Positions 1 through 9,806 of a stretch of 29,784 nt of DNA are shown here, one piece after another. The stretch covers positions 1 through 29,784 of the forward strand of contig NIVC01000588.1 of NCBI GenBank assembly GCA_002269645.1, written 5' to 3'. The translations under genes and the position numbers were made by a program. Every line of letters starts with the position of its first letter. The first letter of the stretch is position 1. Source of the DNA: Macrostomum lignano. Its lineage: Eukaryota. Under the pieces are notes generated by a model, which was not told the origin of the DNA, did not search any database, and worked only from the letters and a program-made list of their open reading frames with translations.

Positions 1-1818
1 TCATTTTGCGAGCTTGCAAATCAATAATGGAAGTCGTTTTAACCAGGGTCTGTGGGCAAGAATGGAAGATGGAAGTGTTTGGCGATGCGCCTTTAATAGG
101 TACAGGTCAGAGTACGGATGGTTTGAGGCTGTGGGATGCTGGCCGAAGGACCCCCAGTTTCAAAGCCTTATGCAATTTCAGTGGAAATATGGATGTTGGA
201 GATAAAATTTGTCTCAGTGATGGAACTTGCATAGCAAAATGTGAGAAACGGCGTTATCGCGAAAAGAAAGTCGCTCTCCTCGGAGATGGTCTCGCTTAAA
301 AATGTTGGCAAGGGCGCCAAATATAGACTACCGTACGAGAACTGGACTGACGACAGTGGATTCAATGCGACGTGCATTCCGATGGCCGATCAGTCCTCTA
401 AGTTCGGCGTCGGGGCGGAAACTATCCTCCGGGGAATGTAATAGCCAAGGTTGGTGACGACAATGTGGCTCCTGGAGCTTTGTATTTTGATAAAAATTTA
501 CTTGTTTATGAATGCAGCTACAATAGCTACCGGAGAGAGTACAATTTTGAAGAACTTGCGGGATGCTGGATGCATGACTCTAGTGGACAACGCATCACAA
601 TAGCTAATGGAGAAGCTTTTCAGCTTACGAGGAATCAGACTGTTGCAACTTGCCGAAAGAAAAGATACTCACGCGGTGCGTGAGTTTACTGTCGAGGTGT
701 GCTTTAAGGATAGCCAAGCATCATTGCTAAACTGGAGCAGTTCTCAAATTGCATTTCCAAAAGAGAAAATCAAATCGGTTCTACGATTCAAGAGTGCGAT
801 CCGGCTGCAACTTATTCCGATGGCGTCGACGCTAAGTGGATCGTATTCGGCTGTCCGCTGGAAACGGTATTGTTTCACCTGAACCAGAAAACATTCGGAG
901 GACGGAATTGTCTGGGAGTGTGCACACAATGATAGGCAAGGAAGCGGTGCGGCTTATTCTTGGGGTCAAACCGGTGGGTTGCTGGTTCAGCGACCATCAG
1001 AATCAATCTATTGTTATAAGAAATTCAGCTCTGTTTACAATCACTCTGGCACTGCGGCGGCTATTTGCGAGTATCGACGCTACAGTGAACCCAATCTCAA
1101 AATGCTTGTCTGCTTCTCTCAAGCCAATCGTCGCATTTACATTGAGGGAGATGTATGGACAGAAGAGACTACAGGATTGACTAAGCAGTGTGTCTCGACC
1201 TCCAGTGGCGGAGTGACAACAATTGACGCCGGCTGCTGGCTGCAAGCACCAAGCGGGACTAACTCAACCATTTCGCCGAGCAGCCTATTGTCACGAAACG
1301 GCTCTGTCGCAAGCGCTGCAAAAAACCGCGTTCTGCGATGCGACTTCAACGAACGCAGAGGACGGTACGAATGGAGTACAAGTGTAGCTTGCTGGTACAG
1401 GGACGACGAAGGTGCATTCACTGTTCTGCCTATTGACCGAGAGTACTGGTCCAACGGGATGCTGATGTACAAGTGCCTCCGAACAAGATCTGGTGCCCTA
1501 TTTGTAAAACACTCGTGCGAACACAATGGCACTTGGCACGCCGCTATGGACACATGGCGCGACGCTAACTATAAGTACAGGTGTTGGCCGGCGTCAGGCG
1601 AAAACAGTGCCAAGGTGCAGAAGACCCACTGCATCAGCGATGAAGGCACTCTGTTCACTGAATCGAAACAGATCAATGGTATCCAATACGTCTGTATGCA
1701 GATTTGCGGTTTCTGGGTCTTTATTAGACAGCCCACGCCTAAGCACTACCAGCTGCTGTTCAGCTTTATCAACAACTGTCATGCAGTCAATATGAACATT
1801 ATTAATAGCATTGGCTGA
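1..1818 (+). CDS. 3' part of a Cys/Trp-rich tandem-repeat protein, probably extracellular (about 4 x 140-aa repeats plus Fn1/VWC-like small modules); 5' partial, frameshifted in the first 1 kb
   Basis: A motif V-[WYL]-x-C-x-[FYH]-N ... Y-x-[WF] ... [GA]CW recurs at about nt 86, 512, 918 and 1338 (spacing 406-426 nt). Three units also carry a C-x-x-[RK]-R-Y motif. The pieces sit in different frames (ORFs 14..205, 6..299, 241..441, 465..683, 607..882, 836..1180) and join into the open ORF 979..1818. The C-terminal CEHNGTWHAAMDTWRDANYKYRC resembles Fn1/VWC-type modules (inference). AATAAA at 1984-1989. Confidence 0.55.
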
Positions 1819-2399
1819 TGGCTCCTGAGTTCGAGCAACCTGTGACATGCTCCTCCGTGGCTGTCATGGGAAAAGTTTCAAACCTTGATATCGATGCGCT
1901 TTGATTGATTTGCTTTGTAGAAGAAGACTATACTTTTTTCTTTAGACGCAAAGGAATCTGTTCGTTTTTTTCTCCATTAAAAAAATAAACTCTTGCGTAT
2001 TGTGACACTATTCTAATAATTTTATTATAAAATATATAAACATAAGCCCTCATTTTTCAAACGAGAAAGTAAATGAAGTTTAAGCGTGTACCCGAGAAAC
2101 CAATAGGCCAGGTTGAAGTAGAAACAGTAGGCGAAATTCGGAAATTCGGCGAAATTCTATGCCAGCAGAACTGTATGCAGCTCAGAAAGAGAGAAAACAA
2201 CTATTACATATCCGACGCAGATTTCCATATTGAATGTCAATTCGCAATTACCTTAGCAAATTTGCTATTTTAGCTGCGAGAATGCAACAAATGTAAATTG
2301 GGAAAGTTTCTGACTGAAAAAAGGAGTTTAAGCTGCAAAAATTTCGCCGAGTGCTTTAAAGCAGACGTAAAGCGTGACATGTGCAAGTACCCGTACATT

Positions 2400-2935
2400 G
2401 GTGATAGAAGGTTACCACGGACGCTTCACCAATTAGAGCAATCCAGGCACACGAGATTCAAGAACACGGGCCAACTTTTTGTTGCGCACCTTCGGACCGT
2501 CGAGATATTCAACAATTCTACCAGAAGGTCGGATTTTTCCTATAGGCGCCAATCAATACTGCGCCTCCAGTCCTCGCGGCACCACCTGCTGAAGGTGCCA
2601 ACGGCGTCTGGTTCGTGACTGAATTCTTGAGAGACCAACTGTGGATTTCCAGCAGTTTAGGCGTGCCAACTGTCGAGGCTTGGTCAGAGACATCAGAGAA
2701 ATTCCCAACAGGGTGTCCATAGTCGCCTGGGTCCTATACCTTCTTCTGACCTTCCTTCTCTTCAAGACCTTCTGGTAGAATCGTTGAATAACTCGACAAT
2801 CCGGATGGACTGGCCACTTGATTCTTGTTTGAGAAGGTGCTTGTGTTCTTGAAGTTCATGTGCCTGGGTTGCTCCGTTTCGGCGTAGCCAAAAATTTTCT
2901 GGGGGATACCAATCTTAGTAGTTCGACAGGTGAAA
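2400..2935. repeat. Two inverted partial copies of unclassified repeat family X (arms about 2443-2570 and 2760-2935)
   Basis: CCAGGCACACGAGATTCAAGAACAC...GTCGAGATATTCAACAATTCTACCAGAAGGTC (2443-2532) is the imperfect reverse complement of 2765-2868. Both arms align to 13650-13900. Confidence 0.7.
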
Positions 2936-3163
2936 AAATAATCTACAGATGACGCTTCGTTCAGAAAAGAGCAATGATTGACAAAATACTTGAATTCGTT
3001 TAAACTTTTCTAAGAAATATCTCAACGTCATGTCTAATAGTCCTATTGCTAGTGAGCTTTCAGCTGCTCATATCGGCGGCAAGGGCTTTGCATACCAACA
3101 GATTTTTACTTCTTGCGCAGCTACTGGTCTGTCCTCCTCTCCACTTTTGCTCTCTTATCGCAT

Positions 3164-3171
3164 TATAAATA
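3164..3171 (+). promoter_or_regulatory. Candidate TATA box of GGT paralog 1
   Basis: TATAAATA lies 100 nt upstream of the predicted ATG at 3264. Position only; no TSS data. Confidence 0.35.
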
Positions 3172-3263
3172 AGATATAATGAATTCGATTTAGCATATAG
3201 CTATCGCACTCAAAACAGTCCGACTGAAAAGCGACAAGGTTTTGCTACCTGCCTCGCCAAAGC

Positions 3264-6200
3264 ATGCAGCATTCACAGAAAAGGTGAGAATTAATTATTG
3301 GGATAACTGTAACAACTATTATAGTTTTTGCACAGTGAGATGAATCATAAATCTAAGTACACTCGTACTTATCAACCAAAATACACTGGTCTCACAATTT
3401 TATCCACTTTGATATTGGCATTGGCTCTTCCAGTGCATTTTTTACATTCAGAAACAGGCAAAAATGCCACCTCGTGCATATTGTACATAGTCAAAGAGAA
3501 CTTCTCATTCAAAATTTAACCCCCATGAGTTACACAACCTACGCCGCGAACTCAAAAGGTCAAAAACTCAAACTAAAATCACAATTAATAGCAACAGTCT
3601 ATTCAATTTAACTTCGCACAGGCATAACTTTATTTATCGTCAGGAATGTACACTTCACTGTGCCTTGGGGGTTGGCCCTCAAGCTAGGAGTTAATTGCAC
3701 GAGCAGAGCCAAGCTGAGATTCCAATTTAGCCCCAAATTAATGCATCTGCAATTGAAATCGAGCCCGGGCCGCTGGAACATTTACTTAGCAACATCGAAA
3801 AGTCGCCATCATAGAAGATTCCGTCTGTGGTCGCTACTTTTGACAGTGCAAGTAAAGTCTCTCAATCTTTGCGAGTGACGCAACTTAGCTACGCCAAGCG
3901 GCAGACTTGAGTTGAGGAGTTGAGGAATAAAGGGGGGAGCGGTGTACGAGGGCTGGGCGGATTAAAGCTACCCCGATCAATTTTCTTGTATCTTATATTT
4001 TACGAGCTAGAACTTGGTCCAAGAGAAATTGCTCACTGGCGCATAGAGTATCGACTTTTCAATGTGGCTGAGTATAAGAGCGCGCTAGACCAATAGGCTT
4101 CGCCCCCATGAAATGGTTTGAAAATACAAGCGTACAATAATAGCTTCTCTATGGTTTAGATCATTAGCTTTGCAAGACAACATTTGACGAAATACTCTGG
4201 AGAGAAATAGAATAGCAAAAATTCATTGCTTGTACGAGTTGTAGGAGTGAATTGTTATCAATAAACTAAGAAACTTTCAAAAATACTCGTACGCCTGTTT
4301 TTGTCATCCCACTACTAGCAACAATCACAATCCCAATCTCAACAGCAGGCTCCTGTTCGGCCTTCTCGCAGTCTTCCTCGCAACGCTGATTGTGCTGGTA
4401 ATTGTCTTCGCCGCGCTGTTCGCTCGGTGCAGCGGCAGCCATAGCGGTGGAGGCGGCGACAAGGGGACAGGTAAGATGCTCTTAGTCTGAGTTGTCAATC
4501 AATACAATCCTAGAGAGCATACCACCGGTACTTAAAAAACGTTGCTCTTGCATACGAACGTAGTTTCTGCTACTGACAATACTCCTATATCTTTCTGTCC
4601 ACCTATCTGTTAACCAACACGTGTAACGTGGATCACAGAAACACCCGAATGGCGAAGAAACTGCGTCTCCGACTCCGGCACTGACATCTATCAGTACAAT
4701 GCCGTCTCGTCAGACTCCGCAGTGTGCAGCACCATAGGAGATCACGTGCTCAATGTACTCGGCGGAAACGCCATGGACGCCGGAGTGGCCACGGTGCTGT
4801 GCGTCGGCGTCTCCAACTTCCACAGCGCAGGAATCGGCGGAGGCTCCTTTCTAGTTTACTACAACCGGTAGGCGCAGTTCTGTTTGTTTTACCATAATCA
4901 GTGACGGCCTATACTCGTAGAAAGTAAAGTCGTTTCCATTTCTTAATAAACACTATAGCATGAGCAGTTATGCAGTCTAGCAGTCTAACATGCATATAGA
5001 AGGTTAGGGTCTTGTTTTACTCCAGACGCAAAGGCGGCATCATAGTAGGGTATGTTATTTATAGGGCAGGTTACAAAGGGGGTTGTAGCCTAGTGGTTAG
5101 AGCGTCGGACTCACGACTTGAAGGTCTAGGGTTCGATTTTTGATCCCACTGGAACAATTTGTGTCCTTGAGCAAGACACTTAACTCTGCATTGCTTCAGT
5201 TCACCCAGCTGTAAAATGGGTGCCAGCATTAGCTGGGGTAATTGAGGGTGTGCGTGGCGACCCCCCAGTCCTTGAACTGAACAGCCGTACGCAGCCTTCA
5301 GATGCGCCGAGCAATAGCTGCGGCTGAGCTGTCGGTTGCACATCTGCACCAATTGAGGCAGGTGTAATGAAAAAAATCTGAATGTTGTTTATAAATCCAA
5401 AATGAAGTGTGTATTTAAACTGGTTATTAAAACATACTTCTACAAACCTGTCTCTTGCTGCATAAGACTAAGGGGTTATACAGCGGGTTTAAGAGGAACA
5501 ATAAAAAACAGACATGCCAAGCTCGCGTGCCAAACTTAAAACAGCACCTCCAAGACAGCCACCGCGTTTGACTTCCGCGAATCGGCGCCTGCCGCCGCGT
5601 ACCGCGACATGTACAACACCACCTCCGGCCTGCCGTCGAACGCTTCCCTCTACGGCGGTCTGGCGATCGGCGTGCCGGGCGAGGTCGCCGGTCTGGCAGC
5701 GGCTCACGCGGCGCACGGCCGCCTTCCGTGGCGCTCCGTGGTCGAGCCGGTCTCGCGAGTGCTTCGCGAGGGCCAGCGCGTGTCTCGCCCGCTGGCCGAT
5801 GCCATCGCGACAGTTTACCCGCGAGTGCCGGATGTGGCTCCATTTAAGGTGCTGAAGAACTGGATGGTCAATCCTAACACCAATAAACCGTACCGTGCCG
5901 GTGAGTTGCTGGTGGACCACGCAATGGCCAGTACAATGGACAAGATTGCAAGCGATCCGCAATCATTCTACAACGGGAGCCTCGCTGATGACATCCTGCA
6001 GGAGGTGCGGGCGGCTGGAGGCAACATTACCAAGGATGACCTTATGGTAAAAATTAAACATGAGCGTATTAAAAATTTAATTAACCTAATACATGGCAAT
6101 AGAGACCTCTGCAATACAGTACAAAAGAAAACGATGATAAGTTAATGATTTCCATCTTCAACCTAAACTGGTTTATTTTTTCCATTCTCTATCATTCCTA

Positions 6201-8707
6201 CATTATCACATATTTCAGAAGTACCAAACTAGGCGACTCACGCCGCTCACGGCGACCTTGCCGTCGAAGGGTCTGACGCTCTACTCGCTGCCTCCTCCGA
6301 GTAGCGGCGCCGTTCTTTCTCTCATTCTCGGCATCATGGACGGCTACGCCGGAGACTCTGCCCAAGCGAGGTCGACGCAGGATGGCTACGTCAACTTTCT
6401 CCACCGTCTCGTCGAGTCGTTCAAGTTCGCTTACGCGAAGCGCTCCGGTCTGGGCGACGCGGCATTCGTGGACGTGACCGAGCTGGTGGCCAACATGACG
6501 AGCAGCAGCTACGCGTCGGAGCTTCGCAGTCGCATCACCGACGACGCCACGCACGATATCAACTACTATGGACCAATGTTCGAGTGGAAAGAGGACTCTG
6601 GCACGACTCACGTGTCTCTTGTGGACTCTGACGGCAACGCAGTTGCTGTGACTTCAACCATTAATACATAGTAAGCGACGACTCAATTGCCGTTGACTCT
6701 ATAGGAACACTATTGGACAGCTTTTAAAATATTTTACAGAAGATTAGCCACGAACCTTGGTTCAATTGATTCACAAGCTAGTTTTTTCACGCTACAGAAC
6801 ATGTCTTGCTGTCACGCACATCTGGCATCCAACTTATTTGATTCAGCTCCTAGTAATAGAAAAATCAGGACCAAATAGAAAAAAGCGTCTTATTTCAAAG
6901 AGAAATCATACCGCTTGAAAAGTTTTGAAAGACATTTGTTACTATCTACAGTTTCGGCTCATTAGTTCGTGGCGAAAAGACCGGCATAGTCTACAACAAC
7001 GAGATGGACGACTTTTCACAGCCTAACAGGACCAATTATTACGGTCTGCCTCCGTCGCCCACCAACTTTATTGCGGCGAACAAGCGCCCGATGTCTTCAA
7101 TGGCGCCGGTGATCGTCGTTAGCGCCGATGGTGACGTCAAGTTTGTCAGCGGCGCTTCTGGCGGCTCGCGCATCACCACGGCTATCGCTTACACGCTGGC
7201 CAGACAGCTGTACCTGAATGAGACGGTCAAGGCGGCTGTGGACTCCTATCGACTGCATCACCAGCTGCTGCCGAATGTGCTCAACTACAATCCAGCCAAG
7301 TGCGATCCCCCTGAGGTAAGTCCGTGTTTGAGGACTCCGATTTTATGTTGGGGGGAGGCAAAGCCCAAGAACTAACAACTAACTAACGATACTTATTACG
7401 TGTAGCACAACCAAGTTCCCAAAGAGTTTTGGGGTGCCCCATGAACTAAATTTGGTGCTACTACTTGAAGTAATAAACACAACTTCGTAATCCATTATGA
7501 TGGAGAGACAGTCAGCTTTTTCAAGTTTTGGTTCACCAAAAATGTTACTGAAGAAATATCCCACAGTCTCGCGTTTTATTCGCCGATTCTGTCTTTCACA
7601 TGAATATATAATTATTTGTGCAACACAAAACATTTTAACAAACTGATATCTGTTTTAGTTTGATTTCTGGCGTAAAATTTATTCAAATAACAGAGATGGG
7701 GACAATTTTTTGTCCATCTAATTAAAACATAAGGCGAAGTCTTTCACATAAATGACGGATTGTTACGAGCTCGTAAGATTTCGTCAAATCTGGTAGAATC
7801 TCGTAAGATCTCGTAAGATCTCCTAGGATCTCGTAAGATTTAGTAAGATCCAGTAGGATCTCATAAGATGTCTTAGGATTTTGTAAGATCTCATAAGAGA
7901 TCTCGTAAGATCTATTCAGATCTCGTAAGATCTCATAAGATTTCGTAAGATCTCTTAGAATCTCGTAAAATATCATAGGATCGCGTCAGATCTCGTAAGG
8001 TCTCGTAATATCTCGTAATATCTCATAAGATCTCATAAGATCTCGAAAGGTCTCGTGGGATCCCGTAGTATCTCGTAGGATCTCTTATAGTATCTCGTAA
8101 GATCTCGTAGGATATCTTTTAGTATCTCGTAAGATCTCGTAGGATATCTTGTAGTATCTCGTAAGATCTCGTAGGATATCTTGTAGTATCTCGTAAGATC
8201 TCGTAGGATATCTTGTAGTATCTCGTAAGATCTCGTAGGATATCTTGTAGTATCTCGTAAGATCTCGTAGGATATCTGGTAGTATCTCGTAAGATCTCGT
8301 AGGATATCTTGTAGTATCTCGTAAGATCTCGTAGGATATCTTGTAGTATCTCGTAAGATCTCGTAGGATATCTTGTAGTATCTCGTAAAGTCTCGTCGGA
8401 TCTCGTAAACTTAGCTTAGGTTGTAAGTTAACTTTCAAAGGACTAATTTGCTCGCAAACCATGTTAAATTATTTCAACGTGCATGGTTTTACAAGAAACT
8501 GTAGATTTCGACGTGTTTCACTGAATTAAATCCTATCAAATGAATTGAATTTTGTTGCAGAGTATCAAGCAGCGGCTACGCCAAAAAGGTCACAAGGTGC
8601 AGCCGTTCAGTTCCACCAGCGTGGTCGAAGGGATTCAGCGACTGTCAAGCGGCCAGCTGCAAGCCAACGCTGACTTTCGCAAGCCGTCAAAGACCGGCGG
8701 TTTCTGA
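3264..8707 (+). CDS. ggt: Gamma-glutamyltranspeptidase / glutathione hydrolase paralog 1 (type II membrane, 621 aa)
   Basis: join(3264..3283,4319..4470,4639..4867,5545..6046,6219..6670,6952..7315,8561..8707) = 1866 nt, all GT-AG, phases consistent. N-terminal TM LLFGLLAVFLATLIVLVIVFAALF. Motifs GGNAMDAGVA, SAGIGGGSF, FRESAP, VPGEVAG, EDSG|TTHVS (catalytic Thr 6603-6605), TSTINTYFGS, NNEMDDFS, RPMSSMAP, SGGSRITTA, ADFRKP. The 20-nt first exon is inferred from phase fit. Confidence 0.93.
3625..3780 (-). mobile_element. 5'-truncated tRNA-derived SINE (family B) in GGT1 intron 1
   Basis: Aligns over about 155 nt to 9394-9548 (shared CCTTGGGGGTTGGC, GTTAATTGCACGAGCAGAGCCAAGC, GCCCCAAATTAATG). B-box variant GGCTCGATTTC on -; A box missing. 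Confidence 0.75.
5078..5376 (+). mobile_element. tRNA-derived CORE-SINE (MIR-like core) in GGT1 intron 3
   Basis: A box TAGCCTAGTGGTTAGAGC (5086-5103); B box GGTTCGATT (5130-5138); TGTGTCCTTGAGCAAGACACTTAAC...CTTCAGTT...CTGTAAAATGGG (5160-5220) matches the MIR/CORE consensus as I recall it (TGTGACCTTGGGCAAGTCACTTAAC...CTCAGTTT...CTGTAAAATGGG); ends in an A run at 5370-5376. Confidence 0.8.
7770..8408. repeat. Minisatellite in GGT1 intron 6: degenerate 10-mer (AGATCTCGTA) grading into a 32-bp higher-order unit
   Basis: 7770-8090 consists of imperfect decamers. About 8090-8390 holds 9 near-perfect copies of GTAGTATCTC-GTAAGATCTC-GTAGGATATCTT (32 bp). Confidence 0.95.
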
Positions 8708-9106
8708 TCCGATGGCATGATTTGCAATTTAGTTTCACCTTCTGCTTGGTAATCTTTAAAGACCGCGAAACAGACAACTTAAAGTGCATATGGTGCGTAT
8801 TTGTACGTGTATTTTCAATTTGACTTGAATACAATTTACATTTCTAGAAGGTCCATTCTGTCTGAATATTTATTGAAACAGAATACGCTTAACTACAATA
8901 ATATAAATCTCTAGTATATAGCATGCCAAACTCCAGAGAGTTTGCATCGAAAATTTCATAGTATATAGTACATACGTTCTAATTAATTATTTTATCTTGC
9001 ATCTAAGGTAAACAGGGGCAGGGTCGTCCTTGTTCACAACCCATGAGGACCAACCCCCCCCCCCCCCCCAAGGCACAGAGAGTGTACATCCTGATGACTA
9101 CACAGT

Positions 9107-9395
9107 CAGGGCCGCTGTACACCTTGTGTGAGCGTGTGTACGAGTGCGTGTCTGTGTACAGCATGCCTGGGTGTCTGCGGACAGACGGCCTCGGCGCTGG
9201 TTGTGGGATGATGTCGCCGAATTTATTATTATTAAAGGCAGGGGGGTTGTGTGCACCCTGGCGCACTTTAAGCGACATAGGCACACAACCGGCGAGAGGC
9301 ATTACTGCCCATTCCGCCGACTCCCCTGAGCAGGCATACAAGCGCGCGGATACGTACGCAGGCACACACTCACACAGGAGTGTACAGCCGCCCTA
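9107..9395. mobile_element. Possible MITE with about 60-bp imperfect terminal inverted repeats
   Basis: Left AGGGCCGCTGTACACCTTGTGTGAGCGTGTG (9108-9138) vs reverse complement of the right end AGGGCGGCTGTACACTCCTGTGTGAGTGTGTG (9363-9394). No TSD found. Confidence 0.35.
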
Positions 9396-9580
9396 ACTTT
9401 ATATTATCGTTAGGCATGTACATTTCACTGCGCCTTGGGGGTTGGCTTTCAAGACCGTTAATTGCACGAGCAGAGCCAAGCCAAGATTCCAATTCAGCCC
9501 CAAATTAATGTGACTGCACTTGGAATCGAGCCTGGGTCGCTGGTACACCAGAGCTTGCGCTAGACCGCTGAGCTACGCCC
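9394..9580 (-). mobile_element. tRNA-derived SINE (family B), apparently full length
   Basis: On -: GGCGTAGCTCAGCGGTCTAGCGC (A-box region, 9557-9579) and GGCTCGATTCC (B-box variant, 9522-9532). The body is shared with 3625-3780. Confidence 0.75.
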
Positions 9581-9806
9581 CCCCCCCCCCGATGTCGCCG
9601 AAGGTGTTGCGTCACAGCGTCAGGATGCCCTACAGTCCTCCTGCCCTACAGTCGCTGTATTCCAATGGCAAGGATCTGGTATCAGCCGAATCAAGGAAGC
9701 GGGTAATCCCAGTTCCTGTGTCTGGAGCAGATCCCGCATGTATGCCAATAGCTGCCGGGCAAGAAGGCGCGGTTGTTTTAACTGTTGAGTCAGCGACAAT
9801 GGTCAG

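Noticed and set aside
3945-3952. TACGAGGG, a mariner-like TIR start
   Set aside because: No matching inverted partner was found nearby.
5078-5150. tRNA gene (also 9510-9580 on the minus strand)
   Set aside because: A and B boxes are present, but the acceptor and anticodon stems do not pair properly and the heads continue into SINE bodies.
5427-5962. Long Arg/Pro-rich ORFs overlapping GGT exon 4 (also around 18102-18550 and 24136-24728)
   Set aside because: Shadow frames of GC-rich coding exons.
6198-6611. Antisense ORF MSRARVLFPLEHWSIVVDIVRG repeated opposite exon 5 of all four GGTs (also 19116-19370, 25217-25471, 28809-29063)
   Set aside because: Its conservation follows from the near-identical sense-strand tract and GC-rich codons. 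It starts at GTG and shows no independent coding signal.
7722-8462. Repetitive ORFs (YEILRDL...) and CRISPR-like 32-bp periodicity
   Set aside because: These are translations of a tandem satellite. The units are contiguous with no unique spacers, there are no cas genes, and the context is a eukaryotic intron.
9090-9110. Hammerhead ribozyme core CTGATGA
   Set aside because: No GAAA follows stem II; it is only a small local hairpin (CCTGATGACTACACAGTCAGG).
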